Shown in pieces: positions 10,194 through 19,856 of a DNA stretch of 64,000 nucleotides; within the stretch, counting starts at the first letter, position 1; every line of letters begins with the position of its first letter. The translations under genes and the position numbers were made by a program. The stretch is from NCBI GenBank assembly GCA_002344075.1, contig DDTM01000057.1:24053-88052 (forward strand), written 5' to 3'. This stretch comes from Bacteroidetes bacterium UBA2364. Lineage in GTDB: Bacteria > Bacteroidota > Rhodothermia > Rhodothermales > UBA2364. The notes below the pieces were generated by a model that worked only from the letters and a program-made list of their open reading frames with translations, did not search any database and was not told the origin of the DNA.

Positions 10194-10421
10194 TTAACCT
10201 TCGGTTACATCGGCATTTTTACGTGGGCGGCCACGGCGGCCTGTACTTACTTTTTTAGCGCCGATCAACTTGTTATAGGCCTGACGACTAATCACCACTA
10301 CACCTGCATCATCTACTAAAACGGCATCGTTAGAGCTGACTACTTCTTTTACAATAAGATCGGTCTGGTTTTTGAGGTCTTCAAGGGAGGCAATGCCTAC
10401 AATTCCTTTAGTGCTAAGCAT
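10194..10421 (-). CDS. small hypothetical protein with C-terminal AT-hook-like motif
   Basis: 75-aa ORF with a terminator just downstream. It ends in 'GRRGRPRKN'. The N-terminal part is loosely Phd/YefM- or SpoVT/AbrB-like, judged by eye only. Confidence 0.45.
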   Translation of the reverse strand: MLSTKGIVGIASLEDLKNQTDLIVKEVVSSNDAVLVDDAGVVVISRQAYNKLIGAKKVSTGRRGRPRKNADVTEG

Positions 10422-10752
10422 GTTTTTAAAAATTTATAGAGTTAGAAAACGGGCTTATATTGATTGTGAATAAGCCAAAATCGAATAAGTACGGAGAATA
10501 TAAGCATATAGACATATCGTAAACAACTCAAATCCTGTTTTTTTTCCAACTGCCTTATTTCTTTACGGTTCATTAATAAATTTATACATTCTTTTTTGCT
10601 ATCAAAAGTGTAATAATTTTATTTGAGGGCTAAATTAAGGTTATTAATTGGAGATTAACCTCTATGTATCACCATCCAATGATCATAAATAGTGAGTAGG
10701 ATTTGGCGATTCATATGCCTTCGCATTAATTTCAATCAAATCCCAAGACATC

Positions 10753-13101
10753 ATGCCCATAAAATCTTATTCCCTCCTGTTGTTGCTCTGCAGCCTATGT
10801 GCCTGCCAACATGCGCCTGTTCCTCATGATTATACCGTTGTAGCTGTTCCATATCATCGGGTGGTTTTAGAAGATGAATTTTGGCGCCCCCGTTTAGAAA
10901 CCAACCGCCAGGTCACCATTCCACACAACTTTGACCAGATGGAGGCACAAGGCACATTGCATAATTTCCGGCTTGCTGCAAAAGCCGATACAGGCCTACA
11001 TATGGGGGTCTATCCGTTTTACGACTCCGATGCCTACAAGAATATTGAAGCAGCAGCCTATAGCCTGAAAACCCATCCAGATACGGTCCTTTCTAAGCGC
11101 GTAGCAGGACTTATCACTCAGATAGACCGCGCACAAGAGGACGATGGGTATTTGTACACGCCCCGTACCAATCGTGCAACCCGGCTCGAATCTTGGGCGG
11201 GTGTCAGGCGATGGGAAAAATTAGAAGGCAGCCACGAGTTGTATTGTGCCGGACATCTGTACGAGGCGGGCATTGCACACCAACAAGCAACTGGAAGCGA
11301 TCGGCTAATGCGGATTGCCATTAAAAATGCCAACCTCGTTGCCGATACATTTGGGCCTGACCGTTTGCGTATGCCTCCCGGACATCAGGAAGTGGAATTG
11401 GCCCTCGCAAAAATGTATCGAACAACCCAAGACGCACGCTACCTGAAAACCGCCAAATTCTTTCTGGATGCAAGAGGTCATTTGGGAGATCGAAATAAAC
11501 TTTGGGATTTTTATGCGCAAGACTATATCCCTATTACACAACAAAGCGAAGCCGTGGGGCATGCCGTCCGATTTGTCTATATGAACATGGGGATTATGGA
11601 CGTCGCGGCATTAACGGGGGATCCGGAATACGAAACCACCAGCCTACGGTTATGGCACAATGTCACCAGTAAAAAAATGTACCTCACCGGAGGAATTGGG
11701 TCGGTGGGTTTTGGTGAAGGATTTACCGACAACTACGACCTACCCAATATGACGGCGTATTCCGAAACCTGTTCTTCCATTGGCAATGCCTTTTGGAATC
11801 ATCGGCTTTTCCTGAAAACTGGCGATGCACGCTATGTCGATGTCATGGAACGGATCCTCTATAATGCCCTGTTATCTGGGGTTGGTTTTTCGGGAAATGC
11901 GTTTTTTTACGACAACCCATTGGCCTCTAAAGGCCAACATGCCCGCTCCAGATGGTTTGTTTGTGCCTGTTGTCCCCCAAACATGGCACGCTTCCTTCCC
12001 CAAGTCCCCGGCTTGATATATGGGATACGCGGAGAAAACCTTTATGTGAACCTGTTTGCCACCAGTACCGCAGATTTGGTGGTAAACAACCATGCCTTCC
12101 GACTAAAACAAGAGACGAAATATCCTTGGAATGGCCGTATTCGGCTTACGGTACAGTCCGGTTCTGGGCAAGCCACTTTCCGGCTCCGGATTCCCGGCTG
12201 GGTGAACGATCAGGTATTACCCAGCGACCTATATCGCTTTATGGAACCCGCGACATCTGCACCACAGCTCAAGATAAATGGTCAGATACAGCTCTTTTCG
12301 TCCGAGCGTGGGTATGCTGTCATTCGCAGAATGTGGCAACAAGGCGATGTATTGGAGTGGTCTTTGCCTATGCAGGTCCGACGGGTGACCGCACACGAAA
12401 AAGTGGCGCAAAACAAAAATCGGATGGCGCTACAATATGGCCCCATTGTTTTTGCGGCTGAAGGAGCGGATTATCCGGACGGACGGGTACACCATTTGTA
12501 TGTACCAGACACCCAAAAACTGGCGTTTCGGTACGATGCCAATTTGTTAAGCGGCTTGGGAACCCTGGTTGGGCAGGCACAGGCGGTTTATAAGGATGCC
12601 AGCAATCACATCAAGTCTCGAAAAGTTAACTTTAAGGCGATTCCATACTTCGCTTGGTCGCATCGGGGAAGAGCCGAGATGGCGGTCTGGATACCCCGCT
12701 CTTCGGAGCCTGCCACGGCGGTCTTTTCGCCTCCGCTGCCTGCACAAAGCCTTATTAAAACCTCCGGTGGTGGAAATGCCGAATTACTACGGGACGGTAA
12801 AACCAATAAACCCTTTGTTTGGACCGCATCCGGTGGTAAATTATGGGTTCAATACGATTTTCCAACCACCCAAGAAGTATCGCAGGTGGAGGTGTTTTGG
12901 GATACCCCGCCCAAGTCTTGGTCGGTTTCGGCATTGTATAATGGACGCTGGCACCGGATCTGGAACCCCTCTGAGGTATGGGGCGTCAGGAAGGGATGGA
13001 ACAGGGTAATCTTAGAGACCGCCCGAACCCAACAAATTCGTTTAGAAGTGGAGCCTGAAGGAACCCAACTTCCTGCTCTCTCTGAATGGAAGGTGTACTA
13101 A
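10753..13101 (+). CDS. glycoside hydrolase family 127 (beta-L-arabinofuranosidase-like) lipoprotein with C-terminal discoidin-like domain
   Basis: 'GSHELYCAGHLYEA', 'YSETCSS' and 'FVCACCPPNMARF' match my recollection of the GH127/DUF1680 Zn-Cys3 and catalytic Cys motifs. It has a signal peptide with 'SLCAC'. The C-terminal ~130 aa resembles an F5/8 type C domain. Confidence 0.85.
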   Translation: MPIKSYSLLLLLCSLCACQHAPVPHDYTVVAVPYHRVVLEDEFWRPRLETNRQVTIPHNFDQMEAQGTLHNFRLAAKADTGLHMGVYPFYDSDAYKNIEAAAYSLKTHPDTVLSKRVAGLITQIDRAQEDDGYLYTPRTNRATRLESWAGVRRWEKLEGSHELYCAGHLYEAGIAHQQATGSDRLMRIAIKNANLVADTFGPDRLRMPPGHQEVELALAKMYRTTQDARYLKTAKFFLDARGHLGDRNKLWDFYAQDYIPITQQSEAVGHAVRFVYMNMGIMDVAALTGDPEYETTSLRLWHNVTSKKMYLTGGIGSVGFGEGFTDNYDLPNMTAYSETCSSIGNAFWNHRLFLKTGDARYVDVMERILYNALLSGVGFSGNAFFYDNPLASKGQHARSRWFVCACCPPNMARFLPQVPGLIYGIRGENLYVNLFATSTADLVVNNHAFRLKQETKYPWNGRIRLTVQSGSGQATFRLRIPGWVNDQVLPSDLYRFMEPATSAPQLKINGQIQLFSSERGYAVIRRMWQQGDVLEWSLPMQVRRVTAHEKVAQNKNRMALQYGPIVFAAEGADYPDGRVHHLYVPDTQKLAFRYDANLLSGLGTLVGQAQAVYKDASNHIKSRKVNFKAIPYFAWSHRGRAEMAVWIPRSSEPATAVFSPPLPAQSLIKTSGGGNAELLRDGKTNKPFVWTASGGKLWVQYDFPTTQEVSQVEVFWDTPPKSWSVSALYNGRWHRIWNPSEVWGVRKGWNRVILETARTQQIRLEVEPEGTQLPALSEWKVY

Positions 13102-13105
13102 ACCA

Positions 13106-13699
13106 ATGGATATACCGCTGATGGCCAATACAAAACCCTTACCTCCCATTTACTACTGGGCCGAACGGGTATTTTGGATGCTCATGTTATTGATCCTCCT
13201 AAATACGGGTTGGCTCACGTGGCGCTTTACGGCTTTAGAAATGGGCCTGGCAACTCCCGGAACAGGCTTTTGTTCATTATCGGCACGGGTGGACTGCGAC
13301 GCAGTGCTCCAATCTGACGAGGCACAGTATTTTGGACTGCCCAATGCGTATTTCGGATTTGGTTTTTTTGTATGGGTTACAGTATGGTTTGCGCTTTTCC
13401 CTAATTTAGGCTTAGTCTATCGTCGGTGGGCATATAATGTATTGGCTTTGGGTTTTTTGGCTGCGATACCGTTCACGCTGTTTTTCTTGGGTTTATTGGT
13501 GAATATGCCCGTTCTATGCCCTGTTTGTCCAATCAACCATTTTCTAACTTGGTTTGCTTTTGACCGGTTGCTACGACTCAGGCGGTTTACCCCCATTCCC
13601 GACGTCCCCCCGCCACTCAAGCCCTTCCTAAAACGGCTGGGCCTCTCGTTTGTCCCTACATTTGTCCTTTGGTATGGCTGGTGGATGCTGCGTGGATGA
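13106..13699 (+). CDS. vitamin K epoxide reductase (VKOR) family membrane protein
   Basis: Four or five hydrophobic spans. The loop Cys pair 'CSLSARVDCDAVLQS' followed by 'FGLPNAYFG', plus the membrane CXXC 'LCPVCPINH', fit VKOR. Confidence 0.65.
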   Translation: MDIPLMANTKPLPPIYYWAERVFWMLMLLILLNTGWLTWRFTALEMGLATPGTGFCSLSARVDCDAVLQSDEAQYFGLPNAYFGFGFFVWVTVWFALFPNLGLVYRRWAYNVLALGFLAAIPFTLFFLGLLVNMPVLCPVCPINHFLTWFAFDRLLRLRRFTPIPDVPPPLKPFLKRLGLSFVPTFVLWYGWWMLRG

Positions 13700-13760
13700 A
13701 ATGTCCTTTTCAATGGGGCGCATTTCAAAACCTCCCCAAGGCTCTATTATGATGTCGCTC

Positions 13761-14708
13761 CTACGGCGCTTTTCCCATTCGTTTATCCAATACGTCGTAA
13801 AGTTTGGTTCGGCGGTCTTTGAGGTTTCGTACACTACCAGATGCGTGCAAGTCTCGGAGCAACATAAAATCTACGTCGGCAATCAAGTGCATTTCGATGT
13901 TTGGTGTGGCTTCTGTCATGATGCCATTGGCTGGGAAAGCAAAATCGCACGGGGTAAAAACCGCTGAAGCCGCAAAGTGTGTTTCCAGATTATGCACCTC
14001 CTCGGCCAAGCCCACACAGCCGGAAATCACCACATAACATTCATTTTCTATGGCCCGTGCCTGTGCACAATAGCGAACCCGTCGGTAGCCACTGGCCACA
14101 TCGGTCAAGAAAGGGACAAAGAGAATTTGCATCCCTTCGGAAGCGAGTATTCGGCCCAACTCCGGAAATTCCACGTCGTAGCAAATCAGCACGCCAATGC
14201 GCCCGCAATCGGTCTCGAAGACCCGGAAGGTTTCTCCACCCACCATGCCCCAGGTTGCGGCTTCATCGGGGGTGACGTGTATTTTCTCATAATACTCCAC
14301 GCTTCCATTGCGGTGGCAGAGGTAGCCTCGGTTAAGCAAAGCGCCTTGTTCGAGGACAGGCATACTTCCCGTGATAATGTTGATTCGGTGTTTTTGGGAC
14401 AACTCGCGGAACCAGTCCAATATCTCGTCGGCGTGCGAGGCCAATGCACGGGCGGCTTGTGCAGCGGTAAGGTGGAAATACGGCGCCATCAGCGGTGCCA
14501 CAAAGAACTCTGGAAAAATCACAAAATCGGCTTGATAAGAAGCCACCGATCGCACAAAGTAGGCAATGCGTTTTTTGATAGCGGCCATTTCCGGCGATGC
14601 GTGCATACTCCACTGCACCACCCCAATTCGGGCATTGTTCGGATACAAGGTCTTACAGATTATTTTTAAAATACCACTGTGGGCATGTATCTTATAATAT
14701 AGCCCCAA
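13761..14708 (-). CDS. carbon-nitrogen hydrolase (nitrilase superfamily)
   Basis: 'RIGVVQW' first strand, 'FPEFF' (Glu) and 'RIGVLICYDVEFPE' (catalytic Cys) are present. The start is uncertain: TTG at 14708, or an internal TTG giving MYPNNARIG. Confidence 0.85.
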   Translation of the reverse strand: MGLYYKIHAHSGILKIICKTLYPNNARIGVVQWSMHASPEMAAIKKRIAYFVRSVASYQADFVIFPEFFVAPLMAPYFHLTAAQAARALASHADEILDWFRELSQKHRINIITGSMPVLEQGALLNRGYLCHRNGSVEYYEKIHVTPDEAATWGMVGGETFRVFETDCGRIGVLICYDVEFPELGRILASEGMQILFVPFLTDVASGYRRVRYCAQARAIENECYVVISGCVGLAEEVHNLETHFAASAVFTPCDFAFPANGIMTEATPNIEMHLIADVDFMLLRDLHASGSVRNLKDRRTKLYDVLDKRMGKAP

Positions 14709-14755
14709 AAACGGGGGATTGTCTATAAATAAACGATTTTACCTTAACCTAAACC

Positions 14756-15436
14756 ATGCCGGATTCCCCGCTTCATATTACGGTGATTATTCCAACCTTA
14801 GACGAAGAAGAACACCTGCTCAATACGTTGGAGTCCGTGTGCTGCCAATCACCGCCATTCCGGATTATTGTAGCTGATGGTGGTTCGGTAGATGCAACTC
14901 GGACACTGGCCGAGCCTGTCGCAACGGTGCTACAAACACCCAAAGGACGCGGCATTCAAATGCATATGGCCACACAAGTAGTGGACAAGACAGACGTTTT
15001 TTTGTTTCTCCATGCAGATACGGTTTTGCCCCCAACGGCTTTCGGAGACATCCGACAAGTCTTTGATAACCCAGTATTTATCGCGGGATGTTTTAGGTTG
15101 CGGTTTGATGAAGGTAGCCTATTGATGCGCTTTTATGGCCGTTGTACCCATCTTCGTATCCGGCGGATGGTTTTTGGAGATCGCGCCATTTTTGTGCGAA
15201 AATCGGCTTATGAACACACGAGGGGCTTCCCAAACGAACCCTTATTAGAGGATGCCATCTTGGTGCGTGCCCTCCGCAAATTGGGGCGTTGGGCTTTCCT
15301 GCATACACAGGTTACCACCTCAGCACGACGCTTCCGGAAACACGGTTTACTCCGGCAACAGATTAGAAATGTAGCCTTGTATGCGGGTTTCTTATGTAGG
15401 TTATCACCGTCTTTTCTGGCGCGGTGGTATCGGTGA
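14756..15436 (+). CDS. family 2 glycosyltransferase (TIGR04283-like)
   Basis: 'ITVIIPTLDEEEHL', 'IIVADGGSVDAT', 'FLFLHADTVLP' and 'VTTSARRF' are collinear with the small GT2 subgroup. Confidence 0.8.
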   Translation: MPDSPLHITVIIPTLDEEEHLLNTLESVCCQSPPFRIIVADGGSVDATRTLAEPVATVLQTPKGRGIQMHMATQVVDKTDVFLFLHADTVLPPTAFGDIRQVFDNPVFIAGCFRLRFDEGSLLMRFYGRCTHLRIRRMVFGDRAIFVRKSAYEHTRGFPNEPLLEDAILVRALRKLGRWAFLHTQVTTSARRFRKHGLLRQQIRNVALYAGFLCRLSPSFLARWYR

Positions 15437-15749
15437 GAAGCACTGTCGCACAGCCTTGCAATACATCTAATTACTACACCAGTGCGTCAAAATGGCTTCG
15501 CACAGTGGGCCGATTTCCTGAACAAACTCATACACATGGATTAACGATATCATCGCCTTTTCGATCTTCCATGAGCATTTATGATACAGGCACTTCGCAT
15601 TCGCTTTTTGGTTGCTATCAGGAAGGGGATAGGAGTTGTGCAAATACGCAGGCTGCAACCGAAAACTTGAAGTAGGGATATTTTTTGGAACGGCTGACTA
15701 ACAAAGGCGTAAACAGTTCATCTCATCCTTATAAACCATTATCGTCTCC

Positions 15750-18083
15750 ATGAAATTTTTTTACGTCCTACTTTGTGGTTTGTTATTTCCCCTTATCGTT
15801 TTTACACAACCCCGTTTTCCGGAACCCGGCTTTGTTTTTGACGACACCTCGTTGCCGCGCATAGACCTTACCCTTTCGCCAGACTCGCTCCGCATGGCCG
15901 AAACAAATGTGACTAGCGACAAAGAATACGTAGCCAAGTTCCAGTTTACACGACGTGGGGTGGTGGAACAAGTAGAAAATGTCGGATTTCGCGTGCGGGG
16001 CAATACATCGCGAAATGCCCAAAAAAAATCATGGAAAATTTCCTTTAATACCTTTCAGAAAGGCCGGAAATGGTATGGCTTAGAAAAACTCAACCTAAAC
16101 GGCGAACACAACGACCCCTCCATCATCCGGGCAAAGCTGGCGTGGAATCTTTTCCGGCAATTTGGTGTGGCGGCTTCGCGTGCCAATCATGTTCGGGTAT
16201 TTATCAATGGAGCGTACTATGGTTTATACCTAAATGTAGAAAATATAGACGAAGAATTTGTTCAATCTCGCTTTGGTAACAACAATGGAAATCTGTATAA
16301 ATGCCTCTGGCCGGCTGATTTGGCCTGGCGAGGCTCGGATCCGAATGCGTATAAATTCACTTCGGGTGGCCGCAGAACCTATGAGTTGGAGACCAATAAT
16401 ACTGCCGATGACTACACCGACTTTCGCGACCTCGTCCGGACCATTACCCAGACTTCTGATGCCGCTTTTCCAGTAGAAATTCAGAAAGTTTTTAATGTAG
16501 ATGGTTTCCTTAAAGTGCTGGCGATGGATGTGGCCATTGGTGGATGGGACAATTATTGGTGGCTCAAAAACAATTATTACTTATATAAGAACCAAGACAC
16601 GGGATTGTTTGAGTGGATTCCCTATGACTACGACAACACCTTTGGGATAGATTTTGTGGGTCAAGACTGGGGCAACCGCAACGTGAATTTCTGGGGCAAC
16701 CAATCCGAGACACGACCCTTGGTGACGAGGCTCCTGAAGGTGGACGCCTTTCGGTATCGGTACTTATTTTATCTAAAACAAATCCTAAACAACCTGACCA
16801 AGCCCGGAACCCTAGATCCCGAAATCAACCGCTTGTATAGCATGAATCTGGATGCGGCATTGGCGGACCCTTATCGTTTATTAGACTGGAATTGGGATAT
16901 TACGTCCTTTACAAAATCTTATGATCAAGCCTTGGGTGGACATGTTAAATATGGACTTAAGACCTATCTTACTACGCGGTATAACAGCGCCACAGACCAG
17001 ATTTCCTTTACCAATATTTCACCCATTTTACGTTACCCCAAACAATCGGCCTCGGTCTTATCCCCCAATATGCCCCTCATTGTGCAAGTTCAAGTGGAAG
17101 ACGACCAACCAAACCCTACCCTCACCCTTTTGTACCGTTTTAATGGTGGAGCCGAAATGGCCTTACGGATGCGTGATGATGGAACCGGAGGCGACACCAT
17201 TGCTGGCGACGGTTCGTATGCCATCACCATTCCGGCGATGGGCCAGACGGGAAGCCTGTCTTGGTATATTGAGGCCGACGATGGGCGGCTTGGGGTTACC
17301 ACCTATCCTCCGGGAGCGCCTACCCAAACCAAGACCGTTCCCGTACTGGCTTCACCAATTGTTTTGAATGAGTTTATGGCCGAAAACACCAAAACCATTC
17401 CCGACGAAGTAGGACAATTCGAGGATTGGGTGGAGTTGTACTATGCCGGAGATTTCCCTTTTTCGTTGGAAAACTACTACCTCTCGGACGATCCCACACG
17501 ACCCGACAAATGGCCTATCCCTACCACGCAGTTGGGGCCTCAAAACCGCTATCTCCTGATTTTTGCAGATGAAGACCGGACACAAGGCACGTATCATGCC
17601 AACTTTAAACTCAGCAAAAGTGGTGAATATCTTTCCTTGGCTAAAAAAGACGGCAGCACTTTTAGTATTGTAGATGCCTTAACCTTCGGCCCGCAAACCG
17701 CCGATGTCTCCTTTGGCCGAGAACCGGATGGAACGGGAAACTGGACCCTTAGCAACAAACCCACACCTGGGAAAGCCTATCTCACAACTTCTGACCACGA
17801 CGAGCAGCCATTGGCCTTTACGGTCTCATCCGCCTTTCCTAATCCATTTAGCAATGCCATATATGTTCCGGTGACGATGCATCATGCTGGGCAGCTTAAA
17901 CTTACCCTCTACGATGTCTTAGGGCGCATGATTCATCAGACGCAAACCCTTCGACCCGCCGGATACCAGATCCTTGACCTAACTCCGGAAATACCCAATG
18001 GCGTTTATTTGTTGGAAGTGCGGATAGATTCACGACAACACACCCCGCTCCGAAAGGTAATGCGGGTGGTAAAAAGCCGATAA
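15750..18083 (+). CDS. CotH kinase-family protein with lamin-tail-like domain and T9SS C-terminal sorting domain
   Basis: Signal peptide. The CotH-like core includes 'LNLNGEHNDPSIIRAKLAWNLF' and 'DNYWWLKNNYYLY'. An LTD-like segment is 'IVLNEFMAEN...EDWVELYY'. The last ~80 aa ('FPNPFSNAIYVPV...GVYLLEVR') is typical of the Por secretion tail. Confidence 0.8.
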   Translation: MKFFYVLLCGLLFPLIVFTQPRFPEPGFVFDDTSLPRIDLTLSPDSLRMAETNVTSDKEYVAKFQFTRRGVVEQVENVGFRVRGNTSRNAQKKSWKISFNTFQKGRKWYGLEKLNLNGEHNDPSIIRAKLAWNLFRQFGVAASRANHVRVFINGAYYGLYLNVENIDEEFVQSRFGNNNGNLYKCLWPADLAWRGSDPNAYKFTSGGRRTYELETNNTADDYTDFRDLVRTITQTSDAAFPVEIQKVFNVDGFLKVLAMDVAIGGWDNYWWLKNNYYLYKNQDTGLFEWIPYDYDNTFGIDFVGQDWGNRNVNFWGNQSETRPLVTRLLKVDAFRYRYLFYLKQILNNLTKPGTLDPEINRLYSMNLDAALADPYRLLDWNWDITSFTKSYDQALGGHVKYGLKTYLTTRYNSATDQISFTNISPILRYPKQSASVLSPNMPLIVQVQVEDDQPNPTLTLLYRFNGGAEMALRMRDDGTGGDTIAGDGSYAITIPAMGQTGSLSWYIEADDGRLGVTTYPPGAPTQTKTVPVLASPIVLNEFMAENTKTIPDEVGQFEDWVELYYAGDFPFSLENYYLSDDPTRPDKWPIPTTQLGPQNRYLLIFADEDRTQGTYHANFKLSKSGEYLSLAKKDGSTFSIVDALTFGPQTADVSFGREPDGTGNWTLSNKPTPGKAYLTTSDHDEQPLAFTVSSAFPNPFSNAIYVPVTMHHAGQLKLTLYDVLGRMIHQTQTLRPAGYQILDLTPEIPNGVYLLEVRIDSRQHTPLRKVMRVVKSR

Positions 18084-18369
18084 AAAAGGCCGCTATCTGG
18101 CCGTTCGTATCGCTGAAACAGGTTGCTTATTTTAGGCCACCCTTTGGTTAAATTGCATATTTTATCGCTATTTATCGGATGTAATAGATCAATCAACGCA
18201 CAACAACCCCACCTATATCCCAAGCAATACCATTACAGGCTTCACCAATTAAAGTGAATAGAAACACACGATCTATGATCCCATTCTAATTCGTAATCCG
18301 ATATATTGAGTATCTACTTCTCGCGAGAAACAACTCTACAACATTCAATTCCGTACAATACTTAAAGCC

Positions 18370-19032
18370 ATGAAAAAACTTTTCTTCTTCTTCCTCTTTT
18401 TGACCGCTTTTCAAGTGAATGCCCAAGTTCGGGTTTCTTGTTTCGATGGAGCAGTTAGCGTGGACTCGCTCTGGACACAGGTCGAAAAAAACACCAATGT
18501 GTGTACTTTCCAAGTAGTACGACATCGAAATCACACCATATTGGCCTCTATTCGGAAATACCCTTCGGTAGTGCCAAACCGACTAACTCTTATCAGCCGA
18601 GCGTTAGAAGACCTACAAGCAAGAACTTCTATTATCGGTATGTTGTCTAATGTTCGTTTTGGAACAGAAAGCAGACCTCATTTTGTAGAACAGTATGGTT
18701 TCTTTAGGTTTACGACTCTTGTTAATGGAGAAGGCCCAACGGCTATCTATGCCTATAAACACATTAGCGCTTTATCTAGGGTAGGGGAGACAGAAGCCCA
18801 GTACTATTTTGAGTTTACCGTTTATAGTAACGCCAGTCATGACCAAGCAATCAGTGCATACAACAGCTATGAATCACAATTAAATGGTTTTAAAAATTCG
18901 TTGCAGATTAGGCCAAGACTCATAGTGAATCCGAACGTAATAACAGGCAGTGCTGGTTCCTCCATCCGAGATGCCGCACGGCCTACATTGCCCGGCGGAG
19001 TTCAACTTCCCAATAGAACAAAACGGTTCTAA
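18370..19032 (+). CDS. hypothetical secreted protein (paralog A)
   Basis: 220 aa with signal peptide 'MKKLFFFFLFLTAFQVNAQ'. Shares the 'C..G.V.V...W......CTF' N-terminal pattern with the next ORF. Confidence 0.6.
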   Translation: MKKLFFFFLFLTAFQVNAQVRVSCFDGAVSVDSLWTQVEKNTNVCTFQVVRHRNHTILASIRKYPSVVPNRLTLISRALEDLQARTSIIGMLSNVRFGTESRPHFVEQYGFFRFTTLVNGEGPTAIYAYKHISALSRVGETEAQYYFEFTVYSNASHDQAISAYNSYESQLNGFKNSLQIRPRLIVNPNVITGSAGSSIRDAARPTLPGGVQLPNRTKRF

Positions 19033-19084
19033 TGGTTTATCCAAATCTATACCAATTACGTTAAACCTCTTAGACAATTTTGCC

Positions 19085-19741
19085 ATGAAAAAAACCTTTC
19101 TTTGCTTGTTCTGGGTTTTCACCTCTCAATTACAGGCCCAAACCGTAAATTGTTTAAACGGGGACGTTCAGGTGAATAACCAAGCCGGATGGGTAAATCG
19201 TACCAACCAACTTACCCATTGCACGTTTGATAGAGGGGAGGACTATGTCTCGTATAGTGCCATGCTGCGTAAGGGAGAGACCACTTTCGCGAGTGTACGT
19301 GTATTAGCCGAAAACGTTTTGAGCAATATTCAGACAGAAACAGGTGTGGAAAACGTTCGGGTAATTAGAAATGGGTATTACAACGAGAATCCTCTGACCG
19401 ATTTCTTCATTGAATTGACCTACGCCAAAAATATGAGGGTGGGCCACGACCAAAGAACGGTGCATATTCATAAATTGATCTATGCGTTTGCAAAAAACGG
19501 AGAGGTTCAAACCCCATATTATGCCGAGGTGAGTACTTCTACCGAACTCCCAGGTGATATGGTTTCTACTCGTTTTACTGCCGAAAGTCCAAAGTTTTTC
19601 GCCTTTATCCAGTCCATTCGTTTTCCGGCGACCCACCCCAGCTTGCCTTATACCATTGATCCGAAGGCAGTCAAGGTTCCAAAAGGTATCAAAACACCGC
19701 CTAAGCAACCTCTTCGGATACCACCAAGACCCGGAAATTAA
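19085..19741 (+). CDS. hypothetical secreted protein (paralog B)
   Basis: Start moved to 'MKKTFLCLFWVFTSQLQAQ' (signal peptide). Same Cys spacing and length as paralog A, with a Pro/Lys-rich tail. Confidence 0.6.
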   Translation: MKKTFLCLFWVFTSQLQAQTVNCLNGDVQVNNQAGWVNRTNQLTHCTFDRGEDYVSYSAMLRKGETTFASVRVLAENVLSNIQTETGVENVRVIRNGYYNENPLTDFFIELTYAKNMRVGHDQRTVHIHKLIYAFAKNGEVQTPYYAEVSTSTELPGDMVSTRFTAESPKFFAFIQSIRFPATHPSLPYTIDPKAVKVPKGIKTPPKQPLRIPPRPGN

Positions 19742-19856
19742 AACAAGATGATTAGAAGATGAATGACAGGATACGTATTGGTTTAAGGAAAGAGGAGCAA
19801 GATGACCTTTTTTTGTCTATCTTAAAAGATCTTGAAACTTCCAATCTTTAAACCAT

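Noticed and set aside
13977-14669. 230-aa plus-strand ORF
   Set aside because: It is antisense to the carbon-nitrogen hydrolase gene, whose catalytic motifs are clear. It has no motif or start context of its own.
15424-15675. 83-aa ORF in the intergenic region upstream of the CotH gene
   Set aside because: It has no recognisable domain and overlaps the GT2 stop region. An equally long antisense ORF (15467-15658) covers the same DNA, so it is likely non-coding.
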